From the IMG/VR virus record IMGVR_UViG_3300013901_000015, positions 1 to 64,000 of that record: DNA of 64,000 nt. The stretch is one strand, 5' to 3'. The notes under the pieces are model-generated. The model was not told the origin of the DNA and did not search any database. It saw nothing but the letters and a program-made list of their open reading frames with translations. This stretch comes from a virus. Lineage: Duplodnaviria; Caudoviricetes. Position 1 is the stretch's first letter. Every line of letters starts with the position of its first letter. Shown one piece after another: positions 56,801 to 62,289 of this stretch. Made by a program: the position numbers and the translations under genes.

Positions 56801-57256
56801 TTGCAGCACTTCTATAGTAGTTATCTCGGTGGTGCGGCTACCTTTGCGGAGCGCACGCTTGGGCTTATCAAGCATGGCAAAGATACCGAGACCAAGGATG
56901 TTCCTTTCGTCCGTTCTCTCTTCTATACGCCGAGCGAGCAGACTAGCTTGCAGAGGACGAAGAGCAAGTGGTATAACTACAAGGACGAAATGGAGGTTAC
57001 CATGGCGAACGTGGATAGACTGAAAGCGAAGAACGTTCCGATTGACAAGAGACTATCGAACATCGGGGAGTATTACCACTTCCAGAACTCGAAGGATGCT
57101 GTGAAGGTAAGAGTGATTGAGCTTGCCGAAAAACAGATGGAGCAATGGAAGAAGCTGAGAGACAAATCCTCTGATACCGAGAGCATCAAGTTTGCTAATG
57201 AGAATATTGACAGGATCATGATGGATGCGGTGGAACAGCTGGATAAGCTGAACTAA
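38876..57256 (+). CDS. Giant (6126 aa) polyvalent ejection protein: DdrB-like ParB, four zincin motifs, N6-adenine MTase, Strawberry-notch SF2 helicase, LPD38-like C-terminus (DarB-like)
   Basis: ESLTPSHD/RDY (about 42970); HEYTH 44942, HELIH 45722, HEMIH 52811, HEVVGH 53501; LEPSAGNG and NPPF (47567); GDQTGIGKGRQ (48689), ILDESH, STGISLHA, QMRGRIDRTGQ; C-terminal YIRRNN...IPL. Confidence 0.9.
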   Translation: MGYDRIDSMYDALSKDGAQIGTRQQFKKLMLAPGKQGYKNRLGFYNAMKQDGAQIGNSYEDFARAMGLHAVKPQQARAQKPVSQPSKPMTTAERARQIGQEYMQGKAGKSKQASAGNTSSTDYMKNWQLMHKRNDQMTPVEQMQANTMRSRMQQAQKQASQQEQRRANPISQSRITPTAQNFNETMQQLSSSQAKRARAVQQREDDARNLAQYEVEGNQFAHNDGKFGTIAPEIDSLVAPSMKEADDLSWTQYQQDLKNAGNDAYLRNKAWKDLQDNRIKNRQNVLANNLSAKLQEIYSQKGLQEHIVQSADKLNMGVEEYVDKYVTPQMMQRAQNILGVKNIEEILPQSATEYVVRRLSDSILGTLSAGQDKSREQIAREQEAMAISDGLEEMPTVKGYKANEGYKSGAGARFASTAANMAMDSPILGMTGGAANMSVDLGKQVLMGGLAKAGLVKMGAKLTAQQLAFKAANMTMAQKIASGLVEGSAKGALNLGGYSSITSALGQASTGNDTSLSALGKAALEGFEHGATTGAMFGVSGAIMAPWVSKFGINGLETSTGEKWLHGAQKLGATGVGLGVEAGTMMVADNITGDKDISVGTWLEDLVMVGAFKAGEPKNYAHIGSALYGLVHNTNNTFRVGKDQNGKWRTVDIHMTKDEQNELMNSVSGKNLVETFQKVDKSSLNSKTPLDKSITKQAYQDFMNDPNVSQSTKEKVNAAMGLFNTTSAKSYRSVNDVQNKQILEYSKNGTLLTRTSYKNADERRAILYKQKLYRDNEEMRSLAGYSKLKDLQPTDENGEVTRLAFAFLTDKGYNPNETVTEANNARLIAGLRDKNSDLYKEWEKYVDRFGSLGMLISDTRTWKNGLLEVFIGDREISLDTIMRKDPMKRTDEENKIFYQVKDALESELFPNGKPHADQSETQGQSVAEDNNLGTDQPNGEAVKQELNGLRQAETEMDVLMRDNDVFSQNFKKLQSQGLTNPQIYDWMVQNGLTQEQLEPFAHYINANARVQGMQEATKQKIEEVVSGVVQDWSYHGELNGQKMNGEQVVYVQDSEGRTLIVGSGDVAFDSTTGRAKEDVGDLLICFDPNTKEMVYLKKDDVTFMQTQNPDDFGNEYRQRLQMINSQPYNEAAQEQAMQDAGKSENQNQSESIGINQNQNSESNGSEKAPQVDTTSPEASTITAKNNTTKEGLAPQEQPQQTRKFADGTDVPMTKDSKGRPTPDYGAMKPEQAAEILSQDFGENAEKVVDGQIKKAEKALKDAEKMKVDYTAEPNDILEQEQVKAQTVEAAKKQLEQAQNIKKAMTAKAVAETVGKPTDEKVEGANEASSEVAKKFQNAPRLQGNHVSKRLPNGDKISGHYEIVPAESLTPSHDVMNDYKKSEGFPVDAEGRTINDRDYEHDKAAQQTTDQMAQKYSGQAISQVPTVSDEGIVYDGNGRTMAGQKAAKNGTDAEYIEDLMDNAQNYGFTKEQIEQSGIEHPRLVMVTDERLPYDTATFSMFNRNEKKTQSNTEQAVAKAKTLTSDEVGAIVADIEGNGSLDAFFNNSKAINDLVKTLVSKGVIGQNEVAGFMDGPDRLSAQGKEYVKNLLLGSVFKPETIRMLGVDSKIKNAAINGIRAIMDNLKLGDYSLRDEIDQAIQLLYEAGRNKMSVDDLLKQSSAFEENARDRFPMIAQAMAQALEDKPTTFRELMSEYNNIAKNYNTNEGTLGFYDKLTPEQVVEEFLNASKAIKNNNIKLYGKESETERSNDAAGNEEPSNEAGGAAGTEGNGNAETEPEIKVKKALKRIATEITKQTGIEVVTDEQKAKKALDETENIKVQRASAGSTVSGMEKMPKGLQMNPSVLTDQILNYHGDHIAKLLGEVPEDSTVKYFSAHNGVWYFYRVDHDRNIILDGAISANKDNYREYEQKIKEYYGIDGGAEAIYNYVQEAGFDTGANRNLHDYFLEGGNTRHSAMGERPNESQGEARVEDNRTSGRTLRQGSSEEQSGAIKEFRSANGEVYGFTVDGKIYLDTKKMKPETPLHEYTHLWTEALRNGNPTEWENVKSLFDEVEGLKEEVQKLYPELKGDNLYEEMITTFSGREGAKKLEKVVRGLAKEDGKTVEERAKATGFITKVKEALQKYWKGVADMLHIHFTSAEEVADKVLADWASGFNPNKAFDVNDRDGDYTKNNVEYIVKNTKLPFGKKYGEELSQEEVKSLFYGDNDYSKKYGKLFDRVYDVARKLGIKISFKIPPETYSAYGLADLDNVYLNPILLARGEHKVFPNKKYSLYVKEDTLPHAMLHELIHSVTAYALERYERDKDSMPKELRAAAESLIDLYEATRKATLDYVNEYGRENEQEFIAELSNPNFCKLLKKTNVWTRVKDAIKQFFFPLISSEKNVLDKSWKETNSYKELSSLLDDFLEHSDKGLFEEEIGVQNGEIKGKEEAKEEPVPIMPKPVDPSNPIEKAAEDYKKEHPLSEDEILNTTAFDGLPEDQKQYCIDAALDYLNGEDTSAISEAYYRNAYEKRSSRPAETAKVAKADSETVKAGQAEVSADPMEGIKNAAEGFEQEKAERERKQKEATQKVLNVIKASNEKAKTRKQLEAEKNAADNEFEAFMKELRKKQSGQLNSGFIDQNLIEAAPKMFSLAAKCAYTRIKLGMYDAKEVVKDLRNRFKDAFDGFDKRDVETFYSEIMNQKWRDGDKRMSLNEWAEHYRKLSPEYKEKLEGDSKDAEERKMSEKKFIDRVNIRLGFGQKINGIVELRKMAEECGLKDVKDTDLQELAETAIVQRARGIASSASTNDAKKFELIKKLYENQPSLNQRDSERVMKQQYSTPAPYAFLADMYVKGGGKEVKSALEPSAGNGMLTIGLPMDVVHVNDIDAQRLANLRRQGFKNVTSQDGTQPFADKDVDVVVTNPPFGSATPKEYDGYKISSLEGQMAINALESMKDDGRAAIIIGGKTEYAKNGSLNPKDKAFLGYLYSHYNVEDVINVDGSLYAKQGTTYPTRIILINGRRKFDPENKVYPPVEKNARAESVKDYDELYKRINDDILRSKDKSVDIHGEEKRKGDNAGGRTNVSDSTKENGGRVGRMGDEGVSDRTPANPKQTELDTSTRPVEQREDANGGTTESASDGNSNPDTRGGQTSVPQSERTDGSSGRGDNSISGGSNTSATDNGTDGRERGVRLQSSDVQSVSNTPTQPKEEKKQTLTTEKVAYTPSSHSMSLGAVVPARQKEALETVLNKLGDADQYLVDNLGYNDKEDLYAHLAAEQVDAVALGLKQMEKGNGFIIGDQTGIGKGRQAAAIIRYAVKQGRIPVSFTIKPNLFSDTYRDLTDIGSPELRPFILASSKDGNIKENYDEEVKGLDGRVTKVRKQRIIYNVPSTTETQRVLKYIAENGKLPEGYDYILTTYSQIRTGLQEYKGGKWKDKKKINAADRNGQLKRDAIEKLAENSIFILDESHDAAGEGSGSAFIQKVLPKAKGVTFLSATYAKTPDAMKLYALKTDLGSKSKDEKDEKDDASWKILNAIKKGGTVFQEIMSQALTRSGQMIRRERDMTGVTIDWNPLTEDETEIQAQRDKFDNIFGIFNDILNFQRTYVDAKLGEMSDDAALIQGSVDHTPGTKDMGIGNVTFASKAYNVVQQALFSIKAEKVADYAIEAIKNGEKPVIAVNNTMEGMTDEYPMGEVMDMPDLNTTLMKGLEGILRYTEKNEYGDRDNKVLRLEELGEEAVARYNEIKEKIASATSGLSISPIDVIKHRLEQAGYRVGELTGRNTEFVYNEDGKVVRQKRTDTNKNALADRFNNGDLDVLILNRSASTGISLHASTKFKDQRQRTMIFAQMQGNINEEVQMRGRIDRTGQVRRGKYVYLVSSIPAEQRLMMMFKNKLKSLDANTTSSQKSKFNEVDVQDFTNKYGDEIVLQYMAQHPEYYNKLADPLGWGFMEYAQDGLSLTELKEKTKSTITSPAYEVMKRLTLLPVKEQEVVLKDISDTYAQKIKQLDDMGMNDLEITDMPLETKTLKREVWKEGSDPGGDNAFADNTYIETVEMNVLKKPMKADEVQSAQKKMLDGKDWETWRSDKIAEIKKAQQAKIEETKAKMAEQMEKKAAKTEENTRKALEKQNEKLQKRIDKGEELKPGEHVLTEDEIDNRISAVVDDVKRKMLDKQSEAIAGVNTKYEMFIGPLYVFDPDKTVSVPTDWYLEDASPSTYPEFGRVIGFKYDKNYNLGSSSIVIATTDSRKRVEIPLTRPKALSRIETDTERFAKECNVITMNSWDRLIPKKDRTTGRIITGNMLEALADNKNIGHLVSYTTDDGKVKQGILVPDSVSTEEITGNMPIAKAYNWFTKKEGGTELKSTDGNLRLAKNFGSMYTLYVPASRKEGGKYYLNKELLDLVHGHNFQSKGKNFWATFDAEKLHDVLHILNGMEVQVKTPKDFEESRTHFREDRGIQYSKTDAKDVKNSRIIPEDVDKSVSSQIEKTYDSAIEEAYKYVSEKDKTRLHSDVERDLREFSKMRREDIVNDIKQREYDFREWERSGATPDKGGFVGYRYARFKAAEAAAKRELDYRDARAKHLSDTYGLQEGRENNLDEVARIYRELQEEKDKGRDALFSKALDIVKRLGTEFGGINDAPAENYAGVSTTQREVALFIDTLARTSTRREATAKTLLHEMIHQATVGAINLVRRGNAEGLLTPKQIDAVNTILDIYDKAVADGRIHYQEGVKSDYGGKNPYEFAAQMADTVQRKKLDFTFGQKVMNAFKELWNKGDRSWKDAFKDAWGKLLETSDKKKMDKAISDIMEDFNETIDDISMRDIESRGGTFADKLSNDSPVSSHIAQLSEKVGDKVNMVHSADEVTNKQAKEAIEEGKHITGWYDEKTGEVHLYMPNIHDRYTAEKTIWHEVVGHKGMRELFGEDRFNRFLRDVWYDLDKPENADLKKLVMEEMKYNPFNVYNAIEEGIARLAEEGRGEAGFWRNLKNKVSDFLHEIGYRMAPNTKDVKYLLWLSKNLQKNPNDPYWKMRAEAVKYRLDHEDVPDVIAKDGMFQSNDGKARDLGDLPKAEYQEATDGKIHFRTTPSAGTALDRYHRSLDEHGYMFTESYMDNMLSLKNLMTAIAPGKKIEDIASSENPYILQNTMQGAMSDAARMFERNVMKPLDKAMAGVLDAFEGKNDDEKIRNFNLYMITKHGLERNRILYVRDALKDMRMDEKKKKLADTIENDWGNEKATLDEKLERGDIDLKEYYKQMDDFIRTYVDETNKFDAGEHDYSGIHAIQKVEKSSDPYDDAEAIQSVMDSEGRMEDIKKGAVKDYWDKVKTATQYSIDCDYRNGLISRELYGHVSEMFNWYVPLRKYDEATAEDTYGYITEKGDPKSYIGKTIMRARGHKYLSETNILAQIGAMGNRAIKNGGQNAIKQAFARFIRNNSNNNLVTETSVWYVSDPITQTTVERYPDIPDDATADEISQIVSDFNMEMKDLASKGLATKVYRRGRIGYKFQRAENKSQHIVDVMIAGKKHSFIVNGNPRAAQALNGLLEHKNETGIGKIAGKISRFMAQTCTSYNPEFVMRNMIRDFEFASSNLLAKEGARYTGIFEKYYAKVGIIEGIRNSKLSDFKDTGGFGLFVKYRNGTLDTSDKIQRYFKEFMENGGETGWVQIKSMKEWTEEYKRDIKAERNKAVKVGKGFYNAIFKNLENVNEIAENMARFATYCASRDSNRSVVRSAYDAKEVSTNFNRHGSGSEIKSFKNGEMGWFEEKRKQTYRYTSAWFRNTSMFFNAGIQSTNLLVKNLKNNTAGTLGYIASGPMISGMAIALLNNFLIANEDEKDRKGVKDPYGELPDYIRRNNLCVYVGGGEFVTIPLAIEERAFYGLGDLVAGLTFSPNISGQKNPFLDAVGCMSQLVPVADYLGNASFGKHPVQETVKAVMPSATSPFIEWAYNSDWKGAPIERDNKFDENQPAWMLAYKGTPDVLLDLNKKVNAWTNGVAPGNEDMLGNSFLDAVTNPSGLQHFYSSYLGGAATFAERTLGLIKHGKDTETKDVPFVRSLFYTPSEQTSLQRTKSKWYNYKDEMEVTMANVDRLKAKNVPIDKRLSNIGEYYHFQNSKDAVKVRVIELAEKQMEQWKKLRDKSSDTESIKFANENIDRIMMDAVEQLDKLN
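44088..44210 (+). CDS. Nested +1-frame ORF, 40 aa (MEKNQKLKEAMMLLAMKNLQMKQEVQLAQKEMGMLKQNQK)
   Basis: Translated by hand; amphipathic helix; overlies a G/A/E/N linker of the giant ORF. Confidence 0.45.
   Translation: MEKNQKLKEAMMLLAMKNLQMKQEVQLAQKEMGMLKQNQK
44616..44891 (+). CDS. Nested +1-frame ORF, 91 aa helical protein
   Basis: Start context AGATAAAAGAGTATT-ATG; globular composition; the main frame here is linker-like. Confidence 0.6.
   Translation: MELTAAQKLFIIMCKKQGLTQEQTAICMTIFSKEEIRDILQWVSDLMNRKGKPELKTTELLDELYDRALAKNKAERLRSSVLPTVRSMDSR
47964..48401 (+). CDS. Nested +1-frame ORF, 145 aa acidic helical protein
   Basis: Start context AAAAGAATAAACG-ATG; coincides with the G/S/R/T linker between MTase and helicase. 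Confidence 0.65.
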   Translation: MTYYVAKTNPWIFTEKKSEKVTMQVVEQTFLILLKRMVDESDEWETKEFLTELLQILNRLNWTQAPDLWSNEKMPTEEQLRVLAMEIVTQTQEGDKLLYHNLNEPMEVADEETTLSLEEATLAQLITEQMDESVEYDYSPQMFNQ

Positions 57257-57261
57257 AATAA

Positions 57262-57292
57262 AAGGAGTGGGCGCAAGGCTCACTCCTTATTT
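57262..57292. terminator. Terminator after the giant gene
   Basis: AAGGAGTG...CACTCCTT-ATTTTT. Confidence 0.8.
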
Positions 57293-57946
57293 TTATCTAT
57301 AATATATATAATCTTGGTTCTTCTTTTTATAGCAAAAATAGATATAATAAATAATTGTATATAATACTGCTTCTATCATCGTCAAGAGAATAAACATCCA
57401 AGCCTCGTTATGATTGGAAGGGAAAAATATGTAGTTAAATTTTAATTGGACACTAATCCATAACACTAAAAACGTAACTACGTAGAATCCAACAACAATA
57501 GATACGACAAAAGTCAAAAAATGCTCATCATATTTTCGGTAAATATAATCAAGCAAATTCAATTCTTTGGTATAATACGTTCGTGCAACTATAAAAGGAG
57601 AGCAAACGACTGGGTAGAACAAAGAGATGGTTATCATCTCGCTTAAATAGTCCTCTCCAAAAAAATAATAATCCAAAAGAGCCATCATTGAGCAGCAAAC
57701 AATATTCGATAATGCCCAATACAAATATCTATATTTTATTCGATGGTAACCATGTTTTTCGCTTCCTAGACCTTTAGAAAGCATAAAAGGAATTAGTATA
57801 GCTATGATAGGGAAAGCTTGTTGATAAATTAAATCTCTCCCATTTTTGAAAAACATATACAATTCTGGCACTAGCATTAAAGCCCATACCATATATCTTA
57901 TATACCTATTTAATAAAAATCTCTTGATACCAGATTTCTGTTCCAT
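57293..57946 (-). CDS. Polytopic membrane protein (AT-rich moron)
   Basis: 217 aa, about 6 TM segments. Confidence 0.7.
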   Translation of the reverse strand: MEQKSGIKRFLLNRYIRYMVWALMLVPELYMFFKNGRDLIYQQAFPIIAILIPFMLSKGLGSEKHGYHRIKYRYLYWALSNIVCCSMMALLDYYFFGEDYLSEMITISLFYPVVCSPFIVARTYYTKELNLLDYIYRKYDEHFLTFVVSIVVGFYVVTFLVLWISVQLKFNYIFFPSNHNEAWMFILLTMIEAVLYTIIYYIYFCYKKKNQDYIYYR

Positions 57947-57949
57947 ACA

Positions 57950-58186
57950 TTATTTATTATTATGCTGCATCCTATACTTTTTACTATAGCAAATGTGGCA
58001 AGGAGTTCGAAAGGAGCTGTCGGCTTCCTTTTTACTAATCTCTACAATAGCCCCTCCGCAATTTCTTAAACCTTTACAATACTCTGTTTTATGGTATCTT
58101 CTTGAATAAGAACCAGTACATATATAAACAGTATCTGTACAAGATGCCAACAAACAGAGCATTATTGCAATCAATATTTTCTTCAT
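57950..58186 (-). CDS. Small Cys/His lipoprotein (putative Zn-binding)
   Basis: LLAS-C lipobox; YICTG..YH...C.GL..C...RTPCHIC. Confidence 0.7.
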   Translation of the reverse strand: MKKILIAIMLCLLASCTDTVYICTGSYSRRYHKTEYCKGLRNCGGAIVEISKKEADSSFRTPCHICYSKKYRMQHNNK

Positions 58187-58187
58187 A

Positions 58188-58496
58188 CTAAGCAAAAATA
58201 TGTTTGATTATATGAAATAAAATATCATATATCGCACAAGAACCTAATAGCGAAATTAATGTTTTATACTCGTTCTTCTCACTTATGCAGCGATTAATAA
58301 GTAAGGCTACTGGTATGATGATTATCATATCAAGCAAAACTATTCCTGCTTCTGAGATTAATTTTACAATAGGCGTTGGGTGGTACAAATCATCAGCCAC
58401 ACCTTCATCCCAACCAAATACAGCTTTATAATCGCTGACTAATCTTAAGATAAAGCATCCTAGAAAGACATAAATTGATAATAGTAATTTCTTCAT
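58188..58496 (-). CDS. Small membrane protein
   Basis: 102 aa, 3 hydrophobic segments. Confidence 0.6.
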   Translation of the reverse strand: MKKLLLSIYVFLGCFILRLVSDYKAVFGWDEGVADDLYHPTPIVKLISEAGIVLLDMIIIIPVALLINRCISEKNEYKTLISLLGSCAIYDILFHIIKHIFA

Positions 58497-58507
58497 ATTT
58501 ATAATTT

Positions 58508-58954
58508 TTATTTTAAATCACGACATGTTATTGTAATATTTCCAAAAGGCATGCTATTACAATCTACATAAGTATAATTAAATTTAATTCCAAGTTTTGC
58601 TAAGTATGAGACATATTGAGAATATGTTACAGAATTGTCCCAAGTTCTTATTTCCCTCTTCCAACCAGTAATGACATTTTTCTTAATTTCAGACAATATA
58701 TAATTTCTCTGAGAATCAGTAAAATCATTATATCTGTCCGCCATTTTGTAATGATAAGAGAGCGTCCACCCTGTAAATGTTACATACATAAGAGTTGTAG
58801 TATCATCCACACGAATCGGTGTTTGTTGATTCATTTCCCTACACATACTCATAAAGTAATTTTTTAAAGTATTCTTTTCTTTTGGTGAAATATACTGCGC
58901 ATAGTTATTTATTGCCACTATACAGAAAAGTAAAAGTGTTATAATTTTCTTCAT
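58508..58954 (-). CDS. Secreted/periplasmic protein
   Basis: Signal peptide MKKIITLLLFCIVAINNYA-Q; -7 element TACTTTTG at 58986-58993 (minus strand). Confidence 0.65.
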   Translation of the reverse strand: MKKIITLLLFCIVAINNYAQYISPKEKNTLKNYFMSMCREMNQQTPIRVDDTTTLMYVTFTGWTLSYHYKMADRYNDFTDSQRNYILSEIKKNVITGWKREIRTWDNSVTYSQYVSYLAKLGIKFNYTYVDCNSMPFGNITITCRDLK

Positions 58955-59212
58955 ATTGATAAATGTTATAAGCGTTATTTTCTGGCAAAAGTAGTAAAAA
59001 TATCGGTAAGTTGTATCGGTCATGCCGGGGTTTCTTTAAAATTTAGAATAATACTAAATAAGTGAGCAGTTTCTTGCTCATCGTAAATCATTGATTTTCA
59101 ATAGATATTTGCTTACAAATTTATTTTTGAGCATAGTTAGGTCACGCCGAGGATTTGGAGTACCTTTGCAACAAGTTCAATAGTGGACGAAACGATTAAT
59201 CTATCATTTTTT

Positions 59213-60205
59213 ATGGAAAGCAAAACTTATGTTTTCGGAAATGAAGGTACTAGCGGCAACAATGGTATGCTAGGACTTCTTGCGCCACTGCTCCAGAAGC
59301 AGGGCGTTGACCCAAACGTGCTTCTCGCCATGAACAGCAAAGGCAATGGTGGCTGGGGAGATTGCGGTGGTATGTTTATCTGGGTTATCTTCCTGTTCTT
59401 CTTGATGGGATGGGGTAACAACGGTTGGGGTGGCAATGGCTTCGGCGGTGGTCGTGGTGCAGGTCTCGCCAACGAAATCAACAATGACTATGGTCGCTCT
59501 CTCTTGATGGATGCCATTGGTGGAAATCGCAATGCCATCAGCAACTTGGCTACTCAGCTGAATTGCACCGAAGGACAGATTCAGAACGCCATTAGCAACC
59601 TTACCTCTCAGGTTCAGAACGTGGGCAATCAGGTGGGTATGAGCGGTATGCAGACTATCAACGCTTTGCAGCAAGGCAATATGCAGATTGCTTCTCAGCT
59701 CGCAGACTGCTGCTGCAAGGTGAACAACAACATCACGGCAATGGATGGTAACATCAAGTTGGCGATGTGTCAGCAGACTGGCACCTTGAACAACGCCATC
59801 AACAACGTGGCTGTAGGTCAGGAGCGTGGTTTCTCTAGCGTGGCTTACGAGACTCAGAGACAGACTTGCGACATTCAGAACGCCATCAAGGACAGCACTC
59901 AGACCATCGTGGACGGTCAGAGACAGGCAGAACTCAGAGAGATGCAAGACAAGCTCGACCACTTGCGTGAGGAGAACAGCACATTCAAGTCTAGTGCGAT
60001 GACCTCTCAGATTGTGGGTCAGGCTCTTGCTCCTGTTAACCAAGTGCTAGCAGGTTTGCAGAGCGAGGTGGCAGGTATCAAGTGCAAGTTGCCAGAGACC
60101 GTAACAACTCCTTACAGCCCTTTCACGGCGGTGCCTAATTGTATCGCTGCACAGTATGGGCTTTACGGTTTGAACGGTTTGAACAACGCTGGTTTCTGGG
60201 GTTAA
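59213..60205 (+). CDS. Gly-rich single-TM protein with long Gln/Asn-rich coiled coil and CCC motif
   Basis: FIWVIFLFFLMGWGNNGWGGNGFGGG, LADCCCKV; start MESKT; -7 element TACCTTTG at 59161. Confidence 0.75.
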   Translation: MESKTYVFGNEGTSGNNGMLGLLAPLLQKQGVDPNVLLAMNSKGNGGWGDCGGMFIWVIFLFFLMGWGNNGWGGNGFGGGRGAGLANEINNDYGRSLLMDAIGGNRNAISNLATQLNCTEGQIQNAISNLTSQVQNVGNQVGMSGMQTINALQQGNMQIASQLADCCCKVNNNITAMDGNIKLAMCQQTGTLNNAINNVAVGQERGFSSVAYETQRQTCDIQNAIKDSTQTIVDGQRQAELREMQDKLDHLREENSTFKSSAMTSQIVGQALAPVNQVLAGLQSEVAGIKCKLPETVTTPYSPFTAVPNCIAAQYGLYGLNGLNNAGFWG

Positions 60206-60224
60206 ACTAAGAAAGGAGGCTACT

Positions 60225-60569
60225 ATGGTATGGATGAATCCATTTGCATGGGTGAACCGTAGAGGCTCGGCGGCTATCGCTTCACAGGGCGTGACGGTGA
60301 ACACGGACAACGTTGTCTTCTCGTTCCGCAACCACGCCTTCGTGAATGCGAACTACAGGGGAACGATTTTCGTGAACTTGATGCAGTCGATTCCGACTGG
60401 CACGACTACAACGCTGCCAATCCTTTTCGAGACCAACGGCGTAACTCAGGCTGTGACTAAGTACAATGGCGAGGCTCTTACGGTGGCTGATATTCCTGGT
60501 ACTGGCGTGTTACAGTTCTGGTTTGAGAGAGACACTAACACCCTTCAACTGATGACGGGTATTGTTTAA
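60225..60569 (+). CDS. Beta-rich hypothetical protein
   Basis: 114 aa, Thr-rich; GGAGG upstream. Confidence 0.7.
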   Translation: MVWMNPFAWVNRRGSAAIASQGVTVNTDNVVFSFRNHAFVNANYRGTIFVNLMQSIPTGTTTTLPILFETNGVTQAVTKYNGEALTVADIPGTGVLQFWFERDTNTLQLMTGIV

Positions 60570-60597
60570 CAAGATTGAATAGATAGGAGATTACATT

Positions 60598-61098
60598 ATG
60601 TTTTCTGGACTAAGACAAAATTCATTGTTCTATGTCTTGGATAAAGGCGAGAACCCGACTTTGAGAATCGGACAGGTTGTTTCGGTAAGCAATCCGCAGA
60701 CCAAGTACCCATCGTTTAACAATGGCTTCACGCCTCAGCCTATGGAATCTGTGGTAGATGTGAAAGTGAAAATTGGCGATGAGGAGGTGGACTTCAAGCA
60801 GTTGCCAGCCAACGGACAGATAGCCAACGACAAGAACCTTGTGGTGAGTGAAAGCAAGGATGCGATGAGTGCGGAGGTGGATGCGATGCTGAGGACTTCT
60901 AGGGCGATACTGGAGAGCGTAGATTACCATGAGAAGGTTGTAAAATCTTGCGAGGGAATGCTACTGCAGCTCAACCCCCAGATAGCCAAGGAGAAGGAAC
61001 AGGCGGAGAAGATTTCGAAGCTGGAGGGCAAGGTTTCTGGCATGGAAGGAAAGCTTGACCGCATGATGGGCTTGCTCGAAAAGGCAGTCAACAAGTAA
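60598..61098 (+). CDS. Hypothetical protein, beta N-terminus plus coiled coil
   Basis: 166 aa. Confidence 0.7.
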   Translation: MFSGLRQNSLFYVLDKGENPTLRIGQVVSVSNPQTKYPSFNNGFTPQPMESVVDVKVKIGDEEVDFKQLPANGQIANDKNLVVSESKDAMSAEVDAMLRTSRAILESVDYHEKVVKSCEGMLLQLNPQIAKEKEQAEKISKLEGKVSGMEGKLDRMMGLLEKAVNK

Positions 61099-61136
61099 TC
61101 TCCTACTCTATCCATTCACTAAAGAATCTTTGAATT

Positions 61137-61418
61137 ATGGTTATGATTGAGATTACGGAAGACAAGTTTGATGACTTGTACGAGAACATCGAGAGTATGC
61201 TTCGCTTCGGTGGCAAGGCTATGACTTGCCTTGACAAGATGAAACATGAGAAGGAAGACCGATATGGCGAGCGGAATCCGATGCCAGACTACCGTGGACG
61301 ATGGAGACACGGCTATCGTGAGGATGAGAACTACGAGGAAAAGGAGAGGCGTGAGCGCATGGAACGTGATGCGCCCGACTATCGTGGTGGTGGCTACCGT
61401 GGAGGTGGCGGATATTAA
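61137..61418 (+). CDS. Hypothetical protein with R/G/Y/E-rich disordered tail
   Basis: 93 aa, ends YRGGGYRGGGGY. Confidence 0.65.
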   Translation: MVMIEITEDKFDDLYENIESMLRFGGKAMTCLDKMKHEKEDRYGERNPMPDYRGRWRHGYREDENYEEKERRERMERDAPDYRGGGYRGGGGY

Positions 61419-61483
61419 CTAAGTAAAGGTTTGGTTCCGACATTAATGCCGGTGCCAAACTTTTCTTTTAAAGGATTACTATT

Positions 61484-61894
61484 ATGAGAAAATACAGACA
61501 ATCGCTGAATGCCTACGATTATCAGCCAGAGGAAATGAAGTCTTATCTCAGACACAATGGTTGGCACTTCAATAAGAAGATGTGCGAATGGGCAGTGAAG
61601 CAAATGCGGAAGAATGGGAAACCTATCAAGCCGATGAACAACGAGGAGATGGAAGAACTTCTGCACAAGTATGAGATAGAGCTAGAGAATAACGTGGGGC
61701 ACGATGCTTGCTACATCGCAAACATGTGCCGAGCCGATTTCTATGCTTCTTCGATTACAGATGAAAAGGGGTTGGCTCAGTTTGTCAAGGACTATGTGGA
61801 TGACGAGGATCAACAGGACGGATTCATCTTCAATCGGTTCTATGCGGACTGCTCGCTGAATGGCGTTGGCATTCCTTGGGATGAAATATTGTAA
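61484..61894 (+). CDS. Conserved phage protein, paralog of 5712-6173
   Basis: YLRHNGWHFNKKMCEWAV...YVDDED. Confidence 0.7.
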   Translation: MRKYRQSLNAYDYQPEEMKSYLRHNGWHFNKKMCEWAVKQMRKNGKPIKPMNNEEMEELLHKYEIELENNVGHDACYIANMCRADFYASSITDEKGLAQFVKDYVDDEDQQDGFIFNRFYADCSLNGVGIPWDEIL

Positions 61895-61899
61895 GAGAT

Positions 61900-62289
61900 A
61901 TGACTGAGCAGGAGATATATCTGGAGAGGTATGACTGGACAGTGCATGTACTATATGATGTGCGGTCTAGAGATGCTATGTATGTTAGAAGGTGTCTTCG
62001 AGATTTGGGATGCAGGGGCGTTCCTCTCGAAGATGCCTCTAATCTCGTGCTCAGAGGTGAGGCTAACAAGGGGCTCACCTACTCGAATGTTTCTTTGAGG
62101 AAAACGGTGGTGGCTATCGGATGGACTACTTCATCTGGGGAGTATGCCAACAGCCTCAGTCATGAAATGCTGCATGTGGTTCAGCACATATCGGAACTAT
62201 ACATTATTAATATGTATGGGGAAGAAGCTTGTTATTTGTTGGGGGGATTGATTCAGACAAGCAGTAAGCACTATTTAGATTCTATATAA
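61900..62289 (+). CDS. HExxH zinc metallopeptidase-like protein
   Basis: NSLSHEMLHVVQHI...EEACYLLG. Confidence 0.7.
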   Translation: MTEQEIYLERYDWTVHVLYDVRSRDAMYVRRCLRDLGCRGVPLEDASNLVLRGEANKGLTYSNVSLRKTVVAIGWTTSSGEYANSLSHEMLHVVQHISELYIINMYGEEACYLLGGLIQTSSKHYLDSI

